NCBI RefSeq assembly: GCF_000315625.1
Contig: NW_005434601.1
Location: 358,011-422,010 of the forward strand
Direction: 5' to 3'
Length of the DNA: 64,000 nucleotides
Source of the DNA: Guillardia theta CCMP2712
Taxonomy: Eukaryota > Protista > Cryptophyta
How positions within the stretch are numbered: the first letter of the stretch is position 1; the number at the start of each line of letters is the position of its first letter. Positions 9,662 through 21,630 of the stretch are shown in pieces. A program made the translations under genes and the position numbers. The notes under the pieces are model-generated. The model was not told the origin of the DNA. It worked only from the letters and a program-made list of their open reading frames with translations, and searched no databases.

Positions 9662-12266
9662 TTACTTCTTCTCCAGTCCCTCATACCTGCACATTCACGT
9701 TACCTCCTCCCTACCCCGCTTCCTCCTCCTCCTCCTCCTCCTCCTCCTCCTCTAGCTCCCCTACCACCTCCTCTATCTTATCATTTCCTTACCCTCCACT
9801 CACTTCCTCTCCTTACCATCTCTGCAGTTTCTCGCAGGCTCGCTCCATGTCTTGGGTGGCACCGGCGAAGCTGAAACGAATGAACTCTCCTCCTCGCGAG
9901 AGGTCGAAGTCCTGCCTCACGTCAGGCGGCCACCATGGGCCTCCTTGACTTCCAGTTCAAGCAGGCGATCGAGAAAAAGGGGATAGTCGAAGAGGAGGCG
10001 GAGGAGGAGGAAGGAGAAGAGTACGTAGAGGAAGGGGAGGACAGAGGAGAAGGGAATACCAAGCCGGGAGTGACGGCAACGGAGCAGCTGCGTCACGAGA
10101 GTGAGGACGGGGGAAGAGGAGGAGGCAGACTCACTCAGCGAGGATCTTCTTGGCGAGCTCCATGCTGTCCTTACAGCTGCATCTCATCTCAAACAAGCTC
10201 TCTCCTCCTCCCCTCCCCCACCCTGCGGGTCCCAGCATGTGCTTGACGTGCGCGTAGATGTAGAAGGCTCCCTGACGTATCGGTCAGAGATGAAAAGTAG
10301 AGGACGGAAGAAAGGGAGAGGAGGATGAAGAGCGAGGGAGGGCGTGGAGAAAGAGAAAGACGAGAGGTGGATGAGATGGAGCATGACGAGGTGAAGGAGG
10401 TTGACGAGGTGGTGGTGGTGGAGGAGGAGGAGGAGGAGGAGATCAGAAGGAGGAGGAGATCAGAAGGAGGAGGAGGAGGAGGAGGAGGAGGAGGAGGAGG
10501 AGGAGGAGGAGGAGGANNNNNNNNNNNNNNNNNNNNNNNNNNNNNNNNNNNNNNNNNNNNNNNNNNNNNNNNNNNNNNNNNNNNNNNNNNNNNNNNNNNN
10601 NNNNNNNNNNNNNNNNNNNNNNNNNNNNNNNNNNNNNNNNNNNNNNNNNNNNNNNNNNNNNNNNNNNNNNNNNNNNNNNNNNNNNNNNNNNNNNNNNNNN
10701 NNNNNNNNNNNNNNNNNNNNNNNNNNNNNNNNNNNNNNNNNNNNNNNNNNNNNNNNNNNNNNNNNNNNNNNNNNNNNNNNNNNNNNNNNNNNNNNNNNNN
10801 NNNNNNNNNNNNNNNNNNNNNNNNNNNNNNNNNNNNNNNNNNNNNNNNNNNNNNNNNNNNNNNNNNNNNNNNNNCGTACGAGGGAGGTGGAGGAGGAGGA
10901 GGAGGAGGATTGCGGACAAGGACCTGTGGCCTGCTGAGCTCGTGGAAGCCAGCCTTCGGGAGTCCATTAAGGAGAACCTGCAAGGCTGTGAGGAGACGCA
11001 GCGAGAAAGGAAGGGAATGAAGCATCGCTGGTCGGAACAAGGGGAAGAGAAAGCCGAGGAGGAGGACGGAGGCGGGGGAGAAGGAGTTAAGCACCTCTCG
11101 GTTTTTCTTGTACCGTTCGACATGTTGTTCCAATTCATCTATGCAATCAAATGCAGCAATTCCTGCAAAGAGAGTCGACGAGACGAGGAAGAGGAGCAGG
11201 AGGCGAGTCAGAAGGAGATCAGTCAGAGGGAGGCGGAGGAGAGAGGAAGGGTCACCAGCGAGCTGGGAGAGGGTGGGAGCGGAGATGAAGAAGTTCTGCA
11301 GGAGATTCTCAAAAGATTGAGCAAGCTGAGGATCCTGGCAGACGATCCATCCCAGTCGCCATCCTGTCATCGAGTAGTACTTGGAGAAGCTGTTGATGAT
11401 CACCTGCTCCTCCTTCAGTTCCCCCTTCCCCCTGCGCCTCCTCCACCTTCTCCGCACGCTCACCGCGTCCTTCTTGAACTGCAGCGCCGAGTCGGCGCGG
11501 CCCTCCATGATGATGCCGTGGTAGATCTCGTCGGAGATGAGGCGGATGCCGTGAGTCGAGCAGCAGGAGCAGAGGTCCTGCATCTCCGACGAGCGCAAGA
11601 TGGTCCCCGTGGGGTTGGAAGGAGAGGCGAGGATGAGCCCATGGATCTTCCCTCCCTTCATCGCTTCTTCCAGCATGGCGCGAGTTGGCTGCCAGTTCGT
11701 CTCCTCCCCCACTGGCAGCTCAACCACCTCAACTCCGAGAGCCTCTAAGATGTTGCGGTAGCACGGATACCCAGGAGAAGCCATTGCCACCCGATCGCCA
11801 TGGTCGAAGGCGCCAGTGAAGGCAACGATGAAGGCTCCACTGCTACCTGTTGTGACCAGCACACTACCTGCATCAACCTCCACCCCGTAGCTTGTCTTAT
11901 AGTGCCCTGCTATCTTCTCCCTCAGCTCCCGCACCCCTGCTGCCTCTGTGTAGCCCAGCTTCTCTTCCCCCTGCAATGCGGCGCTCGCAGCTTCCCTGAC
12001 CTGTAGCTCTGTCAACAACAACATCCATCCTCGCCTCTATCCTGGCTGCTTCCAACTTTACCCTCAACCTCACCCCCTCCGCTCCTTTCCTCCACTTTGC
12101 CTTCCCTCCTTCTCCTCCTCTCCTCTCGTTGTCCTCTCACCTTCCTGGGTGCAGGGGAGGAGGGCTGGCCGACTTCAAGGTGGATGGTCTCCTTGGGGTC
12201 CTTCGCCAGCGCCTCTCGCATCACCTCCATCACCAGGAACGCGCGCGTCCGCCCTCGCTCCGACAT
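9662..12266 (-). CDS. PLP-dependent aminotransferase class I/II (aspartate aminotransferase-like), multi-exon, spans the gap at 10517-10874
   Basis: IHLEVGQPSSPAP, GYTEAAGVRELREKIA, VTTGSSGAF, PGYPCYRN, SPSNPTG, ISDEIYHG, INSFSKYYSMTGWRLGW (PLP lysine), DFDLSRGGEFIRFSFA. Last exon (WYEGLEKK* at 9662, versus a stop at 9813) is uncertain. Confidence 0.9.
10517..10874. other. Scaffold gap flanked by (GGA)n; other gaps at 36004-36103, 54570-54669 and 56512-56611
   Basis: N runs adjacent to simple repeats. Confidence 0.98.
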
Positions 12267-12520
12267 GGCGGCCCCCCCGATACCGAGATTGAGGTGGGCC
12301 AGGAGGGGATGAGGGTATAAGAGTGAGGGGGATGATGCAGGGGAGGGCGGTATGAGGGGCTGTGGCAGCGGCACTGCTGGGGCGGGCCTGTGAGAGGGGG
12401 GAAGGGGGGGCAGGGAAGGGGGATGAGGGCGAAGGGGTATGAGGGAGATGATTTAATATGGCTCTTGGCGAAGGGTCAGGGTTTTTAAGAGGCGCCGTCG
12501 TCCCGCCCGCCGTCTAGACC

Positions 12521-13257
12521 ATGCTGTTCTCCCGCCTCGTAAGTTCCTGCTCGCCTCCTCCTCCCGATTCCGCTGCGCCTCTTCCCCTGTCTCCCTGTCT
12601 CCCTGTCTCCCTCTCTTCTTTCTTTCTTGTATTCATCCTTGTATCCTGTTGTATTCTTCAATTGTGTGCCCCCATCCATTTTGTCCTCTCAAACGTTGCT
12701 GGATAGCTTCGTTGTTTCGTTTGAAAACTCGAGGTGCTTCTAGCGCTTTGCTCCGTCTGACTTAACGAGTATTATGATTCATGTTCTAAGATTTTTCACA
12801 AACGTTGTTTGTTTTGAAGATCGTGCATCCTGGTTCACTCGCCTGTAGTTGCTGTTGCCTTGCTTTGGGACAAAAAACGAAGCGATGAAACGATTTGTTC
12901 TTAATCGGATCGTATCTTCGTTTTCAGTGTTGTTTTCTAATTCTCTGGAAAATTCTGTTTTGTTCTGCATTACTTGTCTGAGCAATATCCTGTTCCCTTG
13001 ATCGCATCCTGTGGTATCCAACGGTTGTGGAGGGCTCACATTGTGTGACAGGATTGCTCGTTCCCTGCCTACTTCTACACCCAGCCCATGGCTACTGGAC
13101 CTGGCTTCTACGACAACTTGTGCCCCCAGTCCTGGCAGGATGGCTCCGCTGCCACCTTCACCCTCCAGGATCCCCACCAGCAGAGTAAGAGCTTGTTGAT
13201 TTTTTGTGAGCTTTACCTGACCTGCTTTGTACAGCCTTCGATTGCCCGGGAAACTAA
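12521..13257 (+). CDS. 57-aa micropeptide, copy A (exons 12521-12538, 13052-13184, 13235-13257)
   Basis: MLFSRL|DCSFPAYFYTQPMATGPGFYDNLCPQSWQDGSAATFTLQDPHQQ|TFDCPGN*. Canonical GT..AG junctions are in phase. The paralog at 31418-32368 differs almost only at synonymous sites. Confidence 0.8.
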
Positions 13258-13375
13258 GCTATCCGTTTGTATATGTGATTACGTAAACGGTTTCGAAAAA
13301 CTTCAATCGTGTCTGCGTTTCGGTTTTCTCCCCATCCCTCAACCCGATCTAGAAGATCTATTTTTATTCGTCATG

Positions 13376-15149
13376 TTACAAGGCTACAGCCGCTTGGAGG
13401 ATTCTCCGCCACTGGCAAACACATCATGTCAAATCGAACATATGCTGCCTCAACGCTCACCTGAGCTGACGGAGAGCCGTGATCGCACAGCGAGCAAGGG
13501 CCATCCTACAAACAGCTGTTACTGGCAGCAGCTTACTTGTATCACAAATTACCGATGTGTGATGGGCCTCTCCAGTCAAGGCTTCCATGCTGTTCCCCAC
13601 GTATGTGATCATCCCAAGATCATAGCGGACGGACCAAACCACACTGCTCAAAGACAAAGGAGATCAGCAAAGCGCAAGATGACGAGCAGCGGTGAGATCA
13701 CGAAGAGATAGCAAAAAAAGCTCGAACATACCTGTCTCCGATAGAGTCGTAGTAGGATCTTGCTCCAGGAGGGAGGGAGCCCAAGTGAACTCCATATATT
13801 CTGTTGTCCCTCCCTGATTCCAACATGCTGGGCATGCCCGCGAAGACCGTGTTGTGAACATTCCTCTTGGACCTGTAGAAGGGACCATCCTGACCAGTCG
13901 GGCAGATTAGAACAGCATCTTCCAAGGCTGCCTTTGTCACCTGATATTCCACTGGTCGGATTTGCCACCTGCAACCCGCTAGTGTCACTGACACGACTGG
14001 AGCACCATTTGAAGCAAGCACCCGAAGATCTCGTTGATGACCGAGAGGGAGCCGAACCCGCCGAGGAAGACGATGTTGTTTCCTGACGCTCGGATTACAT
14101 CGGTCCAAGTACATCAAGTTGCGGATCACCAGAGGATGCGTAACCTCGCAGGTCTGTCTTGGAGATCATGTGCAGGTCCGGATAATCGGTGAACGAAGGG
14201 AAGACTGCACCGACCTGTAAGAATCGTGCATCTCCAACATTGATCAGTCACCGATAGTATGTGCAGCTTCATCCCACGCTGCAGCTCTGATTGTAGCAGT
14301 TCGAAAATCTCCGAACGTTTTCACCATCACCTGGTTCAGGAGGAGTGTCAGTGCGGGTGACTCGAGGCTCACAATGCCGGCCACCTCGGGGTGATCTTTT
14401 CGTAAGACGCTCTTGAAGTTGGTGATGGAGTTCGAGTGCCCATAGAGCGAAGTCTCTGGACCAGTGTACAGGTAAATCTGTCGAACCTAGTCAATCCGTT
14501 GACAATGCGTGGCCCCATGGCAGCGGCGACTCACAACGTTCGGGTAGTACTGCGGATGCTCTGGCCGCAGCGGTTCTGGGGAGCAGGTGAGCACGAGGGG
14601 CAGCAAAACATGCGCTCACTCACCCCACTGAACTTTCTGCCCTCCAAACTGCTCGAGCGACGACACTCGAGCACCTCGTTGTTGCGCAAGAAGCACATCC
14701 CCACGCTGACAAGCATGATCGTGAGACGAGTTGCCTCACCAGTTCACAAAGTGCAGGGGATGAAAGTAAACCTGGAAGATCAGGGACGGCATCCTCTCTA
14801 CGAGGAGAAGGGGACATAGTACGAGGGCGGCGAATACAGCCTGCAAGTCGTTGAATCAAGATCCGATTTCTCAATTCCACTACTCTCATCTCAACATCTC
14901 AACGCCGTACATGCAAGTTCAAATATCTCACACTTGAACATCAAGACAAGACGACTGATCAAAAGGGAAGCATCGAAACAAAACAGCACCCAAACCCTCA
15001 GACACGTAGAAACATTTTCTCGATGAGGGCAAAGAGCTCCAGCGAAGAAGACCAACAAGGCTGTGGTCTAATACCGATCTTGACATCATCACTCCACTCC
15101 CATCCACTCTGATCTTCAACATAATACATACGCCTCCATGAAAGCTCAT
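13376..15149 (-). CDS. Secreted-type protein X (copy A), ~270 aa, about 12 exons; putative class-I GATase/ThuA-like fold
   Basis: Spliced: MSFHGG|AVFAALVLC|LLSSPALCEL|RGDVLLAQQRGARVSSLEQFGGQKVQW|EPLRPEHPQYYPNV|VRQIYLYTG...AAWDEAAHTIVFPSF...KTDLRGYASSGNNIVFLG...DGPFYRSKRNVHNTVF...SLPPGARSYYDSIG...VRYDLGMITYVG...WRRILQAAVAL*. Colinear homology with 29678-30897. The 5' exons are less certain. Confidence 0.75.
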
Positions 15150-15770
15150 CGTCCCTCTCGTTTCCCTCCTGCTCCTGCTCCTGCTCCTGCTCCTCCTCTC
15201 ACTCACCGCTGCTCGCAACCCCATGGCGACCCTTGGCCCTTTTCTTCAATGGTTCCTTATTTTACCGGTTCCTTGTATTAGAGATTCCCTCCTGCGGTTC
15301 TTTGTTTCAACGGTTCCTTGTATTCTCCTGAAAAAATCTTGTCCGAACATGAACGAGCAGCCGCAAGTCAGAGGATCAGGGGCTGCGAAGTAGACGGAGA
15401 CGGAGACGGAGACGCAGAGGGAGAGGGGGAGGGAGGGAGGGAGGGAGGGAGGGAGGGAGGGAGGGAGGGAGGGAAGGAGGGAGGGAGTGAGTGAGGGAGG
15501 GAGTGAGGGAGGGAGGGGGGAGAGAGAAGGAGGAAAGGAGGGAGAGGGAGAGACGAGAGGAGAGGCAGGGGGAGGAGAATGGGGGGGGGGGAGGAGGAGA
15601 GAGGCGACGCATCCTTACGGCTGCTCTACAGACCTGGATCTTCGGCTCAAGGACTATCGATGAACTGGCCCTGACTGCACGATTTGGAAGCCTTGGACTA
15701 GAGGAAGGGAGGAGGTGGAGGAAAAGACTAGAGGAAGAGACTTGAGAGCATCTTCAAGGAGAAAGGGTTG

Positions 15771-17066
15771 ATGTCTGCTGCTCTTGCTAGTAGAGCATCT
15801 GGCCTGTTCCTCGGCCTTAAGCTAGGCAGGCGGCCACATGCTCTGTTGCTGCTCCTGGTGCGTTCAATGGGCGCAATGAACGATTGTTTTGCGGGTGGAA
15901 GGCAGACGAGGAGCGTGATGAGGTTGCGAGGAGGATCGGCCGATGGGACCTGGAGGGAGCGCGGCACGGCGTTGGATGATGTCAGAGCGTACAGATCTTC
16001 TGTATTGGGAGAAACGTTCTTCCTTCTGACGTCAAAGGATGCAGACAAGTGGTACGGGTGTCCTCACTGCCAGTTCATCAACGAGCACACGTCTGTTCTC
16101 AAGCAGCACATTCTCAACCATACAAGCAAACCTGCTGGTAACTGCTCTGCGCTACCTGAAGCTGCCTGGAAGATGCGAGCAGTGCTGGCTGCAAGTCAGG
16201 GCGAGGTGCTGGAGTACGTCATCCAACAGCGAGCGGCAGGTCAGGATGCCAACGGCTCGCTCTGGGTTCCTTTCAGCGGTCAGCAGCAGGAGGCGAGGAT
16301 GCGTCGGCAGCGAGAGGAGGTAGGGAGTCAGGGAGGAGAGGAGACGAAGAGTGCGGAGAAGATGCGGAGAATATCTGAAGGGGAAGGCTGGGTCCCTCTT
16401 GTGGTGAAGGTGTACAACCAAAGCAGCAAAGAAATGCTCTGCTTGAACCTGCTCAGGAAGACGGAGACAACGATCCAGGAGATCAAGGAGGAGGTGAGGC
16501 TCAGCACCGGCATCCCAAGTGAGCTCCAACGAGCCGTATGTCGAGGAAGGTTCCTCAGGAACGGCAGCACCTTGCAGGAGTTGGCAGTGAGCAAGGAGGG
16601 TGGCCCTTGCTTGTACATCATTCCTGAGGTGGCAGAGGATGCAGGCGGGGACGAGTCGGGGGGTAGGGAGGCGAAGAACGAAAGCTTGCTGGTGAAGGAG
16701 GACTTGGGCAGGGCCTCTCCTGGGTCACTGCAGTCGAACTTAATGATTGCGAGGATGATTCAGCGAATGAGAAATTACCTGACGGGGGAGAACATCTCGT
16801 CGTCCCCAGTTGATCTCGTCCGCATGAATGAGTCGGCAGTGATCGAAGTGGGAGGGAGGCGACTCAACGTCACCTTCACCACCATCACTCCGACTAACTC
16901 GTCGATGTTCGACCGCGTGCTCGAGTTCAGAATGCCTGCCTTGGACCCGATTCTGCAATCAGACGGGCAGCTAGCTGAGGATGTGAGGGCGGACGGGACA
17001 GGCTGGGGAGGGTTTGGGGGAGGAAAGGAAGAGGGAGGTCAAGACAACGACATTTATGGAACCTAG
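15771..17066 (+). CDS. Protein with hydrophobic leader ending MRLRGG, a C2H2 zinc finger and a ubiquitin-like domain
   Basis: C2H2: WYGCPHCQFINEHTSVLKQHILNHT. UBL: TTIQEIKEEVRLSTGIPSELQRAVCRGRFLRNGSTLQEL. A further 3' exon to 17232 is possible. Confidence 0.7.
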   Translation: MSAALASRASGLFLGLKLGRRPHALLLLLVRSMGAMNDCFAGGRQTRSVMRLRGGSADGTWRERGTALDDVRAYRSSVLGETFFLLTSKDADKWYGCPHCQFINEHTSVLKQHILNHTSKPAGNCSALPEAAWKMRAVLAASQGEVLEYVIQQRAAGQDANGSLWVPFSGQQQEARMRRQREEVGSQGGEETKSAEKMRRISEGEGWVPLVVKVYNQSSKEMLCLNLLRKTETTIQEIKEEVRLSTGIPSELQRAVCRGRFLRNGSTLQELAVSKEGGPCLYIIPEVAEDAGGDESGGREAKNESLLVKEDLGRASPGSLQSNLMIARMIQRMRNYLTGENISSSPVDLVRMNESAVIEVGGRRLNVTFTTITPTNSSMFDRVLEFRMPALDPILQSDGQLAEDVRADGTGWGGFGGGKEEGGQDNDIYGT

Positions 17067-17136
17067 TCAGGCAAGAGAGTTCATATGCTCGAATCAGCCC
17101 GGAGAACCTCTGGAACAACAACTGATACATCGAGGA

Positions 17137-18391
17137 TCAGATGAGGAGAGCGCAGAGGAAGAGGTCCAGACCTGGCTCGGTGTCGGACAAGCTCTCAAGA
17201 GACCTCTCAACGCTCCTCCTGTGCTGCAGTGAGGGAGAGGGAGATCGCACGAGGAGAAAGACCGGAAGAGGAGAGGGATCGACGCGAAGATCGCGAGCCC
17301 GCCGAGGGTGATGAGGATCCTTCTGTCGACCGCATCCTGTGCCGCGTGCGTGAGCCTCGAGCAGCACGATTGAGAGGAGGAGACCTTAAGGCTCTCCAAC
17401 GAGGACAGCGTCATTCCTGCCTGCACCGTAAGGAAGGTGATGGGGGCGAGGCCTGCGGGAAGCGTCAGAAGCGCCATGGCAGCAAGGATCAACCGATGGT
17501 TGCCGACGCCACATGGGGAACGAGGGGGAGGCGAATCAAGGGAGCAGCAAGGTTGATGAAGAAGTTAGGGGTGATGGGAAAGATGCGGATGACTGTGAGG
17601 TAGTAAAACAGCCTCCGCCTGTGATGCCGCACTGCCTCGTCCAACCTCACCAGCTGCTCCAGCAGGAGCCAGCGTACCACAGGGCCTCCGAAGGTCTGGA
17701 AGAAGACGTAGCACAAGGCTGTGCCGATGCTCGTGCAGGCCATGCAGACGATGAAGCCGACGGGGACGCCGAAGAGCGCTCCTCCGAGAAGGTTGAAGAG
17801 AGGAGAGCCTGGGAGAGCGAGGACCATCTTGATGAGGTAGGCCATAGCAAACCCGATGAGGATGGCCCAGTAGTGCTTCGTCTTGTACTCCCCCAGCATG
17901 CCGTACATCTCCTGCACCTCCGAGAGCGACTCGGGGACTTTGAGGCGGGCTCGATCCTTGGCGTCCATGACGGGGAGGACGAAGAAGGAGATGACTATCC
18001 AGCAGGCTGTGGAGAGGATGACGAGGACGAGCACCTGCGACCTCCAACTTCAGCCCCCGCCGTCAGCACGGCGGACCCTCACCTGCCTCCCGCAACCATG
18101 CCGGATGATCATGGCAATGGTACCACTGACACGAGACATCATCCCGCGGCGAGAAGAAGACATGGAGTTGGGAAGGAACTGAGACCTCTCGTCCTCCTCG
18201 TCGCATTCCATACCGTTCTCATGAGCTTCTCCTATCTGAACCAGCCGATCCGTCGCTTCTCCTATCGACAGCCTCGACATCTCTACATCGCCCCTTCCCT
18301 CGCTGGCATGAGCGGGCGACGGCTTCCTGTTGACGGCAGTGTTGTTCCCCCCCTCGTCAGCCTTGCTTCGCTCTCTCGCATCCTCGTGCAT
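17137..18391 (-). CDS. TMEM41B/TVP38-like DedA (SNARE-associated/VTT domain) membrane protein
   Basis: AYLIKMVLALPGSPLFNLLGGALFG, CTSIGTALCY, FYYLTVIRIFPITPNFFINLAAPLI, ASATIG|LAPITFLTVQAGMTL are characteristic of TMEM41/VTT. The 3' end is uncertain (17094-17137). Confidence 0.88.
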
Positions 18392-19194
18392 CTTCTTTGG
18401 ACCACAAACAACTTACCCATCAACCTCAACCTTCCTCGACTGACTTGAGCTCTCGCTTCCTTCAACCACACTCACTCTCTCGTCTACTTGGGAGGTCGCT
18501 CTACGCCATGCTTCCATGAGCCACTTGTATTCCTGCATCAGATGTCATCGCATCGACCCGCTACTCTTCTCCTGTCTGCACAATCCGTAGGCGAAGAATC
18601 TTCTCCTCTTATCTCTTAGCTGATACTTGAGATGTCTAAATTCTATGGCTATGATATTGACAGCAGGAACTGTCTTGTCTGCATTGATCATGACCTCGCC
18701 CTGATCATCAGGTTGAACTCATCTAATTGAGTTTTCCTTTCGGTATCTTGCTTCCTTATCATATCTTCATCTATCGTCCTGCCTTGCCACCATACAATCC
18801 TCAAACAACTCATGAGTAAACGCTCACAATACTACAGAAATGAAAGCGATTCCCGCTCAATTCCAATAGGAATCCAACTATTTTTCGTTTATTCGATACC
18901 ATGCCTCATTCTTCTCTGCTCCTATCTCGGACTCATATCTCTCCCTGTCCCCCTGTTGCTTCCCCGTTGTTCTCTGTGGCAGTCTGCCCGCCTGCCTTGC
19001 CTCTCATCAAGATCGATCACTTTACTTGTGTTGGCATTTCGCTTCTCTCTGAATATCATCCTCTTCCTCTCCCTCTTTCTTCCTCTTCCTTCTCGCTCCC
19101 CTTCCAGCTCTCTCCTCTCCTCTCCTCTCCTCTCCTCCCCCATTTTCCCCGTCTCATGTTTCCCGCTATTTGTTTGAAGAAAAAAGAAAAAAAG

Positions 19195-19233
19195 ACTTTG
19201 AAACTTTTGAAACTTTGAAACTTTGAAACTTTG
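19195..19233. repeat. (ACTTTGAA)~5 tandem repeat upstream of the AKTIP-like gene
   Basis: actttgaaacttttgaaactttgaaactttgaaactttgg. Confidence 0.85.
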
Positions 19234-19344
19234 GAGTGGGTAAAACTTCAGACGTAATACTTGCAAGTTGCGAAATATCATGTCCATGCTCCAGCACAGC
19301 CATGCAGCGCAGGGAGCCTTTGCTGCTGAAGCGCGACAAGCTTC

Positions 19345-21630
19345 ATGCAGAGCTTCTTGATCCCCAGAGCTTCAACTTTCCGCTCACTCGCTCTGCTCCT
19401 CCTGTTCATGGCATCTTCTTTCCTGCTCCTGCCCCTCCTGCTCGTCTCCCTCCCGTTGCTTCGTTTTTCTCCTTCTGTTGCTCCTCTCGCTTCGTCTCGC
19501 CTTCTCCTGCTCAGCTTGCAGCTCTTCACCTGACGACGCTGAGCAGGTCTCAAGGTCTCGACTATGCTGTCAGAGGAGGCGTCGGACCACGATGCTGATT
19601 CCAGCTTCCTGGACATGAGGGCGGTAACCAAAGCACTCCAGGTGATGGCAGAGGGCAGCAGCAGGGAGCTGAGAGACTCGAGCAGGAGAGCGAGTGGCGA
19701 TCAGCGATGGAGAGTGTGACGCCTCAAGTCAAAGATCAGTTCTTGTGGGAGGTAAGGGGAAGAGATGGAGAACGGGAGCCGACGAAAGTCCCGCAGGAAC
19801 TGGAGGCGATTAGAACAAAAGCAGGAGATGTACTGAGCGGAGTATATGTGCTCCCTTCCTTGGGCTCGCTCTTCGGTATCTCATGTCAATGTTTGCCCAT
19901 GAAACATCTCACGTTTCTGTCCTCTAAGAATGGCACGGCGTCATCTTCCTTCGCTCTGGTCTGTTCCAGGTCCAGTAGCAAAGCAAGACCCGCGAGGGCT
20001 GACGGGGCACGTGCAGCATGCGGCCTTCAAGTTCTCCATCAAGATACCCAGCAGCTACCCCAACGCAGGTGCCGATGCTCTGCTGCTTCTCCCGCAGCTC
20101 ATGGGATGTGGCCAGCGCCGAAGCTAAACTTCATCTCGAACATTCCTTTCCATCCCTTCATCAATCCGAGAACAGGCAGACAGTCTGCGCTGCTGGGAGG
20201 AGAAGACTAACAGGACTCGCAGGGCTTGTTGACTTCCACTATCTGCTGATGACGGTGAGTGGGAGGAGCGTCGAGGAGGCTCGCGTGACATCGGCGAAGG
20301 AGTCGAACCCGCTGGGCGAGTGGAACTCAAAGGAGCATCGACTGTGAGCTTTTTGTCGCAAGTTCTGCTCCCTCCTGAGGCAGGGCTTGCAGGCACAGTC
20401 TGCTCGTAGCCCTCAAGAGCTTGTTCTATCCGAATTTCAACGATGGGAGGATCAAGGTCCAGCTCTTGCTCGTCCTCCTCCCCACCTGACGCTTTCTTCC
20501 AGGAGCTCCATGGCGACCCCCAAGTGAACCCGTTCCAACTGTTCAATCCCAACTTCCAGGGTGGTGAGGCTCTGCTCATCTCTCCTGAAACTTGTCTGCG
20601 CAGCCAGACGACTGATCGTGGTCAGGCGGGGAGCGCGCGGGAGTCCTGAAGAGCTCCGTGCAGAATGAGAGAGCGATCAGGTGACGAGGAGAGGGAAAGA
20701 GCAGTTGAAGAGGAAGGGAAGGAAGGGGAGACAGGGGGCACATGACGTTAGTGATAGAGGAGGAGAGTTGGGACGTTGGATACTTACGTGCATTACTCAG
20801 CATCTTGACGAAGAATCTGATGTGGTGGAGGAAGAACGGAAAGGCTTTCCCTCTCCCCTCTCAGGTTTGCGTGACATTGGGAGCAGGCGAGCGAGTCAGG
20901 GAGATAGAAAGAGCAAGGGGGGTCAACCTCTTCAAACTGTCGACGGAGATGATCGCGGTTCCTCCCTCCCTCCCTCCCTCCCTCCCTCCCTCCCTCCCTC
21001 CCTCCCTCCCTCCCGGTGAGGTAACGACAGCACAGATGATCAGGCTGGATGACCGCCCTCTGTCCAACGAGGTCGAGGGTCTGCTGGTGCAGCTCCAGGA
21101 CGAGTCGCTCAACTTCCGGCATCACGTCGGTCTGTGGAGCTGCCGCTCGAGCCTGTCGCCCCTGACTTCACGTGCAGAGATGTGTGTGGGAGAGAGCCAG
21201 GACTGCCTCAAGTACAACCTGGGAAGCTTCTTCCTCCGTATCCTCCTCCTCTCTTCTCTCCTCCCCTCTCACTCCCCTCCTCTCGCAGGCTTGCGGAACG
21301 ATGTGCTCGAAGTGAACTCGTCGCAAGCTCAGCATCTCTTGGCCGGTGACGACGCAGCTGCGGTTGATCCAGATGGCGACACGAGCTATGGTAGCGTGCG
21401 GAAGGGGAAGCGAGGAAGAGGAGGGGGCAAGGAGGACAAGAGTGGAAGTGAGGAGTAGGAGGAGGAGGAGGAGGAGGAGGAGGAGGAGGAGGAGAGGAGT
21501 ACTTGTCATCACAAGCAGAACAGGTGCCAGCATCAGCAGTCACGTCGCGGCACTTCTGAGCCTGGCGGGGATAACGGCAAGTGTGGTAGAGGAGCGAGAA
21601 GTGCGTGACAACTGCTGCAGGTTGGAAGAG
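19345..21630 (+). CDS. AKTIP/FTS-like ubiquitin E2 variant with hydrophobic N-terminal leader and uncharacterised C-terminal extension, multi-exon
   Basis: LSGVYVLPSLGSLF|EWHGVIFLRSGLFQ|..AFKFSIKIPSSYPNA|..PKLNFISNIPFHPFINPRT|GLVDF...EWNSKEHRL matches the AKTIP UEV consensus. Exons from 20750 on appear to continue in frame. Both ends are approximate. Confidence 0.7.

Noticed and set aside
12521-12538. SRL/SKL in the micropeptides as peroxisomal PTS1
   Set aside because: PTS1 must be C-terminal; here it lies at residues 4-6.
17014-17232. Overlapping convergent CDS ends of the UBL protein and TMEM41B
   Set aside because: Depends on uncertain last exons of both genes; cannot be supported without transcripts.
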